Below the pieces are notes generated by a model. It saw nothing but the letters and a program-made list of their open reading frames with translations, ran no database searches and was not told the DNA's origin. From Bilabrum cf. latius (lineage: Eukaryota): a stretch of 64,000 bases of DNA. Below, piece by piece: positions 1 through 11,200 of this stretch. The stretch is taken from assembly GCA_965178125.1 (NCBI GenBank), contig OZ237769.1:372001-436000 (forward strand), in the 5' to 3' direction. Every line of letters begins with the position of its first letter. Position 1 is the stretch's first letter. The position numbers and the translations under genes were made by a program.

Positions 1-1
1 C

Positions 2-1849
2 CTGACCGTCTTTGTGCCCGTCGCCACCATCGCGATCGACTTCGCTCTGGAGGGCTAGAGGGAGGGGTGGTACCCCTCCATCGCAGGGGAGTACAGGACG
101 TGGGTGGTGGGCAACGGGCTGGCTGGGTCCTGGGACTAGAAGAAAGAAGAAGAGGAGGAGGAGAGGAGGCTAAAGAGCAAGGCAGGGACACTGGGCAAAG
201 AGCGCGCAGGTGGCAAACCAAGCGAAGTAGAAGGGGACGCTGCCGCTGGTGCTGATCGCCCAGCATCGGACGACGCTTTCGACGGACTATGCTGCTTCCA
301 CTGCTGCATGCGAGAGGCACCTGAGCCTTTGCAGACCAGCAAGCTCAATGCGGGCGTGCTCATGCCGCAGACACCGCTCTGGGACCTGGCTGCCGCGCAG
401 GGCAGGCTTCATGCAGATGACCTGCGCCTGGTGGATGGGACCGGCGGGGGCGAGGGTGCAGGGCACGGTGGTGCTACGGCGAGTGGGTAGGAGGGTGGCA
501 AGCTGCAAGTGCAGGTCATGCCTCTTCCCACCAAGGGCAATAGCCCGGCTGGCGCCCCATACGGGTCACCGTCCCAGGCGGACAAGGCTGCAGCGACCAG
601 CAAACAGCAGGGCAACAGCAACAGCTGGGGGAACACCGGAAGTAGGGCGCCTCGGGCTTTGGATCATACGACGGTATCGCACGGGCAGTCTGCAACAAGT
701 GCGTTCGGTCAGTCCGCTGTGGCTTCAGCCATGGGCTCGTCTGCGCTGGGCTCATCCACCTTGGGCAACCTTCCTCAGGTGTCCCCCTCTGCACGTCCTG
801 TGACCACCACGGATGGGTCCAGCAGCGGGCCCCCATCGAGCAAGGGCAACTCTGCGAGTAACGCCACCGCTACCGGCACCGGCGACACACCTGGTGGCCA
901 AACCGGCAGCACACCCGGTGGTCCTCTGGATGCAGCCCGGGACACTGACGGGCTGACTGCGGTGGAGAGGCAGAGGAGCAGCGGGGAGGACGGGCAGGAC
1001 ACGGCCGCGCTCAGGGAACAATGGAAGCTGCAGCAGCAATAGCTGATGGAGGAGGGTGCAGGGAACGGTAGTGCGGCTTCTGCAGAAGCGAGTCACGGGG
1101 CGCAGTCGTTCACAGGCAGCATCACGTCGAGGACGGCTCTTCCAGACCACTGCGCCCCCGCATCGGGGTCCGGCGGAAGGGGGCGGGCGAGGTCGGCCGA
1201 GATCCAGGAAGCATCCGGAATCGATAGTACGGAGAGCTCCGCTGGTGCAGTGCACGCCACGCTGCACCAGACCAGGACGTGGTTCGGGCCTTCCTATAGG
1301 GCACCGCAGGGCAGCAGCTTCTACAACCGTACATGGCGCTCGAGCGGCGTGGGGGCGGGCCATGGGTCTGATTTGGAGCACAGCATGGGCGTGCACGACG
1401 GCGGGGACCATCTTGGTTTCGATTTCAGCGCGGCAAACACGTCTAGTTTCTTCGCGGCGGGTAAGGGCAAGGGCAAGGGCAGGGGCAAGGGAAGGAAGGC
1501 CAGTGGCAGGGCGGGAGGGCTGGGACCGGGGCATCAAGGGGCAGGGGGCGTTGCTCTCGTGGCGATGAGCGCGGGAGCGGCGAGAGGCTCGCGAGTGAAG
1601 CGGGCGGGTTTGTCCAGGTCTGCTTCCATGGGTACCATGGACGTGAAAGGGGGCGGGGCTGGCGGCCCCGCCACGATACCGGAAGTGGACGAGGGTGACG
1701 GCGGCGCGGCGCCGTCGGGGCGGAGCAGCCGGCAGGACCGTGGCAATCTCGATCGGTCTTCTAGGATGTCGAATTCTGCCAGGGCGCCCTCGTTGCGGGC
1801 ATTCACGGAACAGGTTGAAATCAAGGCGCCACTGGCGAAGGAGGACTGA
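2..1849 (+). CDS. 3' end of a protein-coding gene (5'-truncated); the first residues resemble the last TM helix and C-terminal tail of a P4-type (phospholipid flippase) ATPase, followed by a long Gly/Ser-rich tail
   Basis: One frame from 2 to the TGA at 1847-1849, interrupted only by in-frame TAG at 56, 137, 488 and 1040. It starts LTVFVPVATIAIDFALEG(Q)REGWYPS, like the P4-ATPase 'vallPDf...R.fyP' segment, and carries a CCFHCC cluster. Coding status is well supported; the product is tentative. Confidence 0.55.
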
Positions 1850-2069
1850 GAGCATCGCGTGGGCCGCATCCAGGAGCTAGCTTGAAGGTATCTTTTATCA
1901 GAATTGTATGCATCGGAGCATACCTGTGAATGAGTCATCAGCCACTTTAATATGTTTTGAGGCAAGTGTTTATGTAGTACATCGATATTTTCAGCTCCAG
2001 ATCCCTTTGGAGGGTGAAGGAATTTGTTTAGGTGCTCAATCAGATCCGGAATGTGACGTCTTGACATGA

Positions 2070-2582
2070 TCACAACGATTTGATCAAGTAAGCCGGCGTA
2101 TCTGCCCTCATTTTGCCCTTTCCTGCACGGTCTGGGCTTGCCATGTAATCCCAGGTCTCGCTGGCGGCGTTAATCAGCTCCTTGTCGAGGTCAGAAGTCT
2201 CAGTTGTCGTTCTCACGAAGCCTTGGTCGAGAATGTAGCCCTTGTTAGATCCAGTTTTTATTACTGTAACCGAGTGGCATCCCGTGATGAGCCCAACAAG
2301 GTATATACCGTCGTCCCACCCGCTCGGCTTGCCGCTCGTGATCGACGCAGGTTTCACCATTCCATTCCCCTTGAACATCGTGGTGTAGGTAGCCGTGCCA
2401 ATAAGGCTCTCTCCAATGTCAGTTATTTTGGACCCTTTCGCCTTTTTGATATTCAAGGAGCGCAGCACAGCGTACACGTTCCCCACGCAATCACAGTCCG
2501 AGGCTGCGGTTGAGGCCGCGACAACCTTGTCGATCAGCGCTTTGCGCGCTTTCCCTTCGTCTGTACCGCCGGCAGAAGCCAT
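2070..2582 (-). CDS. 170-aa papain-like fold protein (putative Cys-His-Asp peptidase/deamidase, Tox-PL-like)
   Basis: Intronless ORF, ATG in caacATGG context with an in-frame TGA just upstream, TGA stop. Motifs DCVGNVYAVL (Cys at helix start), GCHSVTV (His) and GYILDQG (Asp) occur in papain-fold order and spacing. Confidence 0.6.
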   Translation of the reverse strand: MASAGGTDEGKARKALIDKVVAASTAASDCDCVGNVYAVLRSLNIKKAKGSKITDIGESLIGTATYTTMFKGNGMVKPASITSGKPSGWDDGIYLVGLITGCHSVTVIKTGSNKGYILDQGFVRTTTETSDLDKELINAASETWDYMASPDRAGKGKMRADTPAYLIKSL

Positions 2583-3192
2583 GTTGAAGGATCTTGTTGC
2601 TCAGAGTCAAATTGTGTGGTGCGTGCAGCACTGCATGCAGTGATCCGTCACTCATCACACAACAACTTTGCCCACCGCCGGCGAATCCGGGATGAGAGTA
2701 GCAACTGCGCGTTGCTTCCGGTGACAAAAGTTAGCCGCAATCAGTTACAACGAATGATGCTTTACGATAACTCCAGTTTCCGACTGTGTCTGAGTCCCAC
2801 TGGCATTCTTTGGCATCCCACGGATCCAATGTAGGCATCGCGTGAGTCGGCAGTCAGGGCCCTGCTGAGGACATCTAGGCGGACGCAGCCCGATACCTTG
2901 TTTGAAGGTAGCGCTGGTACCTTGTTATATACAGGAAGCGCTCTGATAGGCCTATGCGTCTGCCGAATGAATCGGAAAGAACCAGCATCGAACGTTCGTG
3001 GAGTTTCACTTTTGTCTGTGGTGCGTCCGGTGCGCAGGCGCGAGCACCAGTTGCCCTAATACTCGAAACGACATCAACTGATTACAGGCACCCTACGATC
3101 TGGCTGATTCATTTGCGCCTTTTCGAAAACTCATTTTCAATTTTTGCTTCGATTCGGTGTTTAGTGACCGCGTGCTGCTAGTGCCCCGACTC

Positions 3193-5111
3193 ATGAACAA
3201 ACGACCAATGCTTCGCTCTTCCATTCGATGTGGGCTTCGGAGGGCGAGACATATGATCACAAGAAATGTAAGTCAATTGATTACTTCCATCGATAGTAGT
3301 TTGCCTGGCGTGGCTTCATGATGGTACTGCCTGCACACCGGGCTCCTTCAATGGCTCACCGCACAGCTCTTCGTGTCCCACTGCAGAAGTTCACGACGGC
3401 GGGACGCGGTATTTCATGGAAGGTGCATCCAATGCATGGAGCTAACTTGCTCGAGACCAACAAAACTGAAGGCGTGGTGTCACACGTGCCTCCAATACAT
3501 CGAGCACGTGCCTCGATGAGCACCATCGCGGGCATCGAACCCACTGGCAGACTGCCAGGGGATGCGCCAGAGCAGGGGGCACTTAGTGGGCAACTTCGAT
3601 GTGAGTTGCTTAAGGCGGTGGACATGCCGGGATCAGCGGACCCTGACAGCATCGAAGAGGTCCTGCATCACGTGAACCAAGTGCTCGGCTCTCCTGAGCC
3701 CGAGGACAAGGAGCGAGCTCTCGCTTTCTTGCAGGTCATGGCAAACCATGGCCTTTTCCCAGTGAACAAGGGCATATCGATGGGCACGTCGGTGCACCTC
3801 GGCCTCGCGCGGCTCGCTGTGGATCGGGCCCACGCCCTGATGAGCAGCGACGCGCAAGTTCGTGACACAGACGGTGGGTCGGTATTCGTCGACGCCGCAA
3901 AATCTAGCGGAAAATCAGCCATGCTGTAGGCGATGTGCAAGGTAATTTCTGTCCTCGCACCCGGCTCGTACCCCGTCTACATTGACGCGCTCTACGTTTG
4001 CCACAATGCGCCCACTCAACTCAGGTTGCGGTCCCTCGGCAATGCAGTCTGGCATGCGGTTCGTGCAAAGCTTAGAGAAGATCTTGGCGATGAAGGCGCT
4101 TCTGAAATGGCAAAAACAGACTCAAAGTACGAGGGCGGTGAGGTGCTTGCGTTGCAGTACGACGTCATGCCGCTCGTCAGGCGGGCTGGCATGCGGCTAT
4201 TGCTGCTGGTCGATTCGATCGATCACTACTTCACGAGCACGAACCCATCGCTAGGCTGGGGTCAAGACCTCACGTTCGTTTGTAACGAGCGCGGGGCAGC
4301 CCCGACCAGCATTGTGGCGGGAGCGTCCTCGAACCTCCGCGACATCCTGGCCGGCGCCGCCTTTATGGAGGATCGATTCTCGAGAGCAACATAGTTCGAG
4401 GGATCGCGACGGAGAGCCAAGCACTATTCACTGCCGCTTACTGATCAATTCGACCTCGAAGTCGCGCGGCGAGCCCTGCGGCAACCGGTGGATGGCGTGG
4501 ACGAGATCGGCATGTACCACCGTGCGCTCGTGATGATCATGGGTGGGTCAGTGGCTAGGCGCGTCCTGTCTGGAATCGTGCCCGAGCTCAAGAACAGCCA
4601 TCGAACTTGGCAATATACACCATGGACGGATATGCTGAAACCCTTCGATGACTGGCACCACGTGCAGGCAGTGTATCCCCCGGGCAACGCCGGTCTCGAG
4701 GCCGTCGCAGAGCACATTTACTACGGCATCTACCGCCGCAACCAAAACCTTTGGGAGCAATCTGGCGTTGCGGGCGTACTACATCCGGGTGACAGAAAGA
4801 CCTGGGACACAGTGGGGGCCATGGATGCACTCGCAAAGTACATTGCCAGGACTGGAGAGGGCTGGGACAAGGGCGCAGAGCTGTGGGTGCCGGAAACCGA
4901 GCTATACGGTGCCTATGAAGAAATGCAGCTGCGCGGAAATACAGAAGGGGTGGATTCTAGCGCCGCTAGAGGCGTGGAATTGCTTGTTCAGTACAGGTTT
5001 CTGGTGCCCGACGGAAATGGACGAGTGGCGGCGCCGTCGCTTGCACATCTGGTAGCCAGGTCGCGTCCAAGCCCGTACCTGACCGAAGAGCCAGCCATCA
5101 GAGGTACCTGA
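3193..5111 (+). CDS. P-loop NTPase (AAA/STAND-like), ~599 aa, join(3193..3267,3387..5111), with a mitochondrial-presequence-like N-terminus
   Basis: Exon 1 MNKRPMLRSSIRCGLRRARHMITRN (Arg-rich, no acidic residues) ends at a GTAAGT donor at 3268; acceptor ccactgcag at 3386, phase 0. Walker A AAKSSGKS (3894-3917) fits [AG]x4GK[ST]; Walker B-like LLLLVDSID; IVAGASS strand. In-frame TAG at 3927 and 4392; TGA stop. Confidence 0.7.
3268..3386 (+). other. GT-AG intron (phase 0)
   Basis: GTAAGT ... ctgcag; joins ATG 3193 in frame to the downstream ORF. Confidence 0.65.
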
Positions 5112-5850
5112 ATTTGGCCAGCGAGATCCTGGGCTCGAGCGGGACGGACCGGATACTCATAGAAGCAAGTATCGCGACTACTCGAGCCGGGCGCGCACGT
5201 CGAGACTCGCCCCTGACTGGGCAGCACCTTCATCCGCACTAGAAGCCATATGACCTTACCGAGAAGAATTCAAGATGATCTATTAGTCCTGAGCTTCTTC
5301 ATCCCCGAATAAAGGCGATTGACAGGAAAAATACCAGCCTCCACTCTTCTTGGCCTGCCTCTTCCGTCATTAAGATTACGATCATAATGTCTAACGCTAC
5401 AATTCCTCTCCTGCGGTGTTGCCGCGTTCTCTCTCTTCACAGAGCCCTCCTCATCGCACAGACGCTTACCATCTCATCAGTGTTCTTGGCATTCCGGTCG
5501 TTGGCTTTGCTGCACGAAAATGTCTGATGTATCCGCATCGGGTCAAGATCTATGCTGCGAATGACCCGACTTAATCGCCCAAATGCCCAGAGTAGTAATG
5601 CCGTGTACGAGAGGAGGTCCCCAGATTTGTTTCGGTGTGCTGGGGGGAGAACCGACTGTTGATGTCAATTTTTCTGACCAAAACCGACCAGGTGGGACAA
5701 ACCTGGGGATTTCCGAACATGGGCCCCGGGGGTGCCAAAACCGACGCGAATCGGATTCTTTCGGCGAGTCGAGCAAGCATCCAGATTCAGTCTGTGTTTC
5801 GTCCAGCACGGCCGGTGACTCGCCGCATTCATCCACCATCGTTATCATCA

Positions 5851-8074
5851 ATGGCTGGTGCATCTAGTGGTGCTAGTTTAGACGTCATAGGTAAAGCCGT
5901 GCCACCAGACGGGCTCGGCGAGACGACGGGTGGCGGATTTGCCTCTACTCTGGGTGCATCATCGAGTACCTAGAGCAATTCCTCTCAAAGTGAGCGATTG
6001 CGACATTGAACAGTGCTAATGCGGGCAACGGAGGTTGTGTTCGATGCTTGCGGCTGTTGAGAAGCGAGTTGCTTTTATCTCTGCTGCCATCACATCGCTA
6101 CGCAGAGCCCGCAGTCCTCCATCTTGAGCTTACCGGTGTACGTGACTTGCTGATGGGTCTTCGATGCTTAAAACAACCGGAGGGGACCGCCAGGAGGGTA
6201 GCCGTGATGGAAGAGTTGTTAGCCATGCACCAACAGCATTTGAACCGCGACGCATCAGGCTAGCGGGTTCCAGACATGGCCCGGCTGGCGTGCGCCCTTG
6301 GACGTGCGCCAAAAAAGAGCGCAAAATTTGACTGGGACCACACGGCGAAGATCCCGCTGCCCATCAAGAAGAAGCTGCACAAGACGCTCCTCCACAAAGG
6401 CTAGCTCGTCCGCGCGTTCGCTGAGATGTGGGCCGCCGAGCTTCTTGCCCTGGTCCAGGTGAGACCGTATGAGTGGTATGGCACTGTATGTGACTGTTTG
6501 CGCAGCTTCGCATGGTTTCTGAGTGTAACTTACATTTGACAGTCCGATCGCAGGCGTATGCGGTCGCCACCAACACGAACAGCCCGAGCGCAACGACAAA
6601 CACGTCTGGAGCGAGTACCGCAACGAACGTCAAAAATGTCTTCGAACAGGAGTATGCCAACCGCTTTAAGGGACTCACAAAAGAAGTCGAGGTGGGGGGA
6701 ACGCGCTATGTAGTGAAGCTCCCACTGGCGCCTCAAGGCGTGCCGAACATCACACGTGCACTCGCCCAACACTCCAAAAGCTCCTTGTCGTCCAGTTCGT
6801 CGGCTGCAGCGAGTGGTCAGACTGCTGAGGGGGTCCTCGAGCGAGTCAAGGGGTTTGTTCAGATGTGGCGCAGCAGAGGCTGGCTAGCGATGGACGACGG
6901 GGTGGAGAGGTTCGACAACGCCTTGGAAGGCTTTGTCCAAGCTGCGGGAAGCAAGGAAGCCATCTACACCCTCTGCATCCAGACCCGCGTTCAAGTCGGC
7001 TCTTCGGTCGCAAGATCGATGGCAGCGCATGTGCAGCAAGGGGGGGGAGGCATGCAAAGCCAGGCCGTGACCGGCATCGGGCCGGGGCCGTTCGCGTCAC
7101 AGATGTAGCTAGCGAAGAAGCTTGCCCAGAATGCCGGAGAGCAACAGACGCACGCAGAGGATACGAGTGTGTCTGCAGTGAGTCCTGGATCCAGCCCCTC
7201 TTCCCGCCCCAGCCCCAGCCGCAGCCGCAGCCGCAGCCGCAGCGGCAGCCACAGCCCCAACCCCAGCTCCGGCCCCGGCCCTGGCCCCAGCTCCAAGACC
7301 AGCTCCGGCTCATCCGGGCAGAAGTCCGGAGGCAAAGCTGCCGGACGAGAGCGGGTTGCCGGAAGGAAGAGGAAGGGGAGACCGGAAAGCAGGCCTGCCT
7401 CTGACTCTTCGGCCTTGGCACTGCTGATGAAACGCGCTGCTGAGATGCAAGCTGCATCGGTTACCGTGGCGAAAGGCATCACCAACGACATCGTGGCGGG
7501 AGTGGTTTTCTTGAGGCGTCGCGGGCTGCGCGACCTGGCACATTGGCTGCTACTAAAGCAGGGCAAGGTCCAGGACAAAGCTGCACAGATCGACCCGCAG
7601 CTCTGGCACGCGAGGGTTTCCGGGCTCGACGCTTACTACACACCCTCCCAACGATCCAACATCATCGAGGCAGGAGGTGATGCTCTGTGGAGAGCGAATC
7701 GAAACCTCATTGCTGCCAGTGTCATCACAGAGCAGGATGCGACGAAGTTCTCGGAACTCCTGGACGGCATGGCCAGCCCCCTACCGCGCAGCAGCAGCAG
7801 CAGCGCCAGTGGTAGCAGCAGCAGCAGCTCCATCACCGCCCAAATCGCTCGGCAGCTGCAAGGCAGTCAGTCGGCGGATACTGGCCTTACCGGTGCTGGC
7901 CTATCCGTTCCAGGAGCTGCACCTACCCTAGTGGTGGTGCCACCTGTAGGAGGTATCGGCATCCCCGCGGCGGGCATGCGGGTAGCAGCGCAAGGGGTAA
8001 CAAATGAGCAGAGAACAGCTACTGCTGAGTTCGCACTCTCGTCAGGGGGGAGCGGCGCCCGAATATCGGATTGA
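5851..8074 (+). CDS. Hypothetical protein, join(5851..5989,6106..6458,6554..8074), with a Ser/Arg/Gly low-complexity tract
   Basis: Two GT-AG introns (GTGAGC...cgcag, phase 1; GTGAGA...cgcag, phase 0) join three different frames exactly. In-frame TAG at 5971, 6261, 6402 and 7106; TGA stop at 8072-8074. No domain recognised. Confidence 0.7.
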
Positions 8075-8203
8075 CGAACCTTCACCTAGCTTCGCTGTGA
8101 TTGTTACGAATAGTTTGTACAAAGGTTCTGAATTGTCGATGGATTGCACTTTTACGCGACTGAGCTCGGTTTTCGCAACTTAACTGAGCTCGGGTATATT
8201 ATC

Positions 8204-11200
8204 ATGAGCTTGAGTTCCCGGGGGGGACTCAACAACTTTGACGCCTCCGTGATTCAATCATCAGAGCCGCAAACTGCAACCGCTCACGAGCATCTGCTGA
8301 TGTTAGATGGCGAAGAAACTAGTGGCAGTATCGAGGAGAAAGCACGTCAGATATACTCATTATCAAGTCCGAATTGTCCTGATGCGTCTGCTGACGTTGG
8401 AGAGACGATGCCGGATGGCGTTCTATAGTTGAATTCCTACGCAAGCAATTCAACTGGTCGAGAGGCTGGAGGTACCGGTGACACCCAGGTTCTCAAGATG
8501 CATTGTCTAGGCCCACATATGATACCTACCTATGGATTGCACCAGCAGTGGCAAGAAGCAATTTGCCGCGGCGTTCGGAGCGCATCAGCAAGCGAAACTC
8601 AAACTGCAAGCGGGCAGAAAATGAAGTTCCGAGAGTAGCGCTTTGGCCAAAAGGGCGCCAAGGATAAATCTCTTCTCGCAAAATTCCCCATTGGCGCAGA
8701 GGAGCCGCGGTTAGGGGATTTGATGCAAGCGAGCTCTCCTTCTCGCTCCATGGCGTCCATCAGTCGAGTGCTCGCCGGTCTCGCTGCGATGCGGGACGCT
8801 ACGACCAGCGAGCATGCCGATTAGGACTCAAATATTCGTTCGATGCAATTCAATGTGCCGTTTGGAGCGGCGTGGCCGGATGTTGCCGGACCCTCCGGTG
8901 GTGCCCTCACGTCACGGGATCCAGCGGACGTCGCCTGGAGCATCGAGCTGGACCGGGTCAGGTGAGAGAATTATTGCGGCAGTGAACGAGCCGTATCACC
9001 TCTGTTGAAGCAGTGCCATCGTCTTCCACTGGGGCTTGCCGTTCATGCCGTGGCATGTTATGGTACGTGTGCCGTGGCATGTACCGGCGCACAGGCGTAC
9101 CCCCAGGTGTGCATAATGGACAGGGAAAGAGGATACGTCACAAACGCATGCACCCCAATGTAGTATGCCCCGTATCTACAGTTCCATGCAATGCGCTGCA
9201 CTGCAATGCACGTCACACCTTTCACGCCTCGTCACACCATCCCCTCGCAGGTCGCTTGCCAGTCGGGAGGCAGGATTGGAAGCCGCCACTGATGCACTCG
9301 TCACACTCACTGCGGCTCTTCTGGGGGCACCGGCGGGTAAACGTGCCTCTCCTGCCGCACTTGCCGCCGCGACGATCATACCAATGCATAGACCGGGGCG
9401 GAGCGGACGCCATGCCTATGGGGCGAAGGGCATGCAGGACGCCGATGGTGCCTAGCAGGACCCAGCGAGGGTCTCCGGGTAGCGCATGGCCGGTGAATTG
9501 CTCGGCCTCTGCCTCAGCCTTATCTCCGCCTGTAGGGCCAATCATTCGTCACACGACAAGCACTCGTCACATCCCGCATCGCTCGCCAGACTAGCCGCCT
9601 GCGCCCTGCTGCTATGCAGCTCAAGCCGAGCCTCTGGCGAGGTGCGTGACGAGTGCATCGCGATGCTGCTGTGGCTGGGGAATCGCGTGCAGGATCAACA
9701 GCAACGCTCGCAGCAGGACGATTCCGAAGAGGATGGACGCAAGGGACTCAGGCTCAAGCCACGGACGGAGCACCTGCTCGTGAGAACTCCTTTTTATAGA
9801 AGGGCGGCTGGACTGCTCGATGATGATGACGATAAGGGCAATGCAGGGAGCCATGCAGGCAATTCATCGCATTGCAGCGTGCTGGATGTGCTGTTTGCTT
9901 GGAGCACGGCGACAGCGATTGACGCATGGCGGGACGGCTTTGGAGCTGAGGCAGAGCGCGGCACTGCACCCGCCGCTCTCGTTGACTCCGTGAGCGAAGC
10001 AGAGACTGGTGGGTACGGTTGGGGCACAAGCGGATCGTCGGTGGGTGTGAAGATGAAGATACCCCTGACGCACCGGCTGCAGCTCACCGCTGGACAGATC
10101 CTCGCTGGCTCGGAAATTGCTGGTATGTCCAGCTTGCAGCGGATTCGGCGGGTAGACGTTAGTGACAGTGGCAGCGGTACAGGACATTCGCCCCACTCCT
10201 TGGAGATTTCACCCCCTGGTGTACGCCATAGAGATGCAGGCGACTCTGCTGGGCTCAATCCATTCGTGTCAAGGCCACCTGCACTCCCGGCATCCAACGT
10301 CCTCTCTAGGCCGAGCATTCCTGCCGGCCAGCCAAGCTCCGGTAGCCCTTCACGCGGAAGTAGCCTGCGTGCTGAAGAGGATGGATCGGGGGATTCCCGA
10401 TCCGGGCAAGCAGCAAAAGCGGCGGAGATGTCGTCAGCTGGGCCAAGTAGTTCCGGTGCCCGCGGTGGTGCGAGCGAAATTCAACGCAGGGGAGTTGCCT
10501 GGGATTCTGCCCTCGTGCGAACGGTTGTGCCCAGCGCGGAGGCAGGCAGACCTCTGCAATGGCACGACGGAGCCACGCCACCGTGCGATGCACCCACCTC
10601 CGGAAAGACTACTTCTAGCAGTTGCAGCAGGGATGGAAAGCACCAAGCTGCGCAAGACTCGCTGGTGCTGTGCACGGCAGCCGATGGCATGATCCGGCTG
10701 ATCGGGCGCTTGCAGTCTGTTGCAGCAGGGGCAGGGGAGCTGTCGTGTCTGCACGCCGCACGCCTGCCAGTACCGCAATGCTCCGGTCATGGGTCGGAAG
10801 CTGAGCAGCAGAGCGTGCAGATCCAGCGAGTCTCGTGTGCTTCTGTCGGTCACGACGCAGTCTTTGTCGTTGCTTCCGGAGCAAAACTGCCTGCAGCATC
10901 TTCAGGCAGGAGCCTCGAGCCACGCGAGCCACGCGCTAGCCAGCCAGACCAGGGCACGCTTGACCCCTCGGAGACAAGCAAGATCACGCAGTGGTGGTCC
11001 ATGAGCGTGTGGCGGGTCGCTGGTGACACATCCACCGCCGCTAGCCTGGAGCTGGTGGCGAGCTACGAGGCCACGGTTAGCAGAATCGGCGGGTCGGGAC
11101 AGATCGACCTGGTGCCCAAAGAAAATAGCACTAAAGCCGCCCACAATTAGGCTGAGGAAGCGACCGGGTCTGGCGCTGGTGCCCCCGTTGTTTCGAAGGA

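Noticed and set aside
5200-5850. Short ORFs between the NTPase gene and the 3-exon gene
   Set aside because: Lower GC, no motifs and no coherent splice model; treated as intergenic or promoter sequence.
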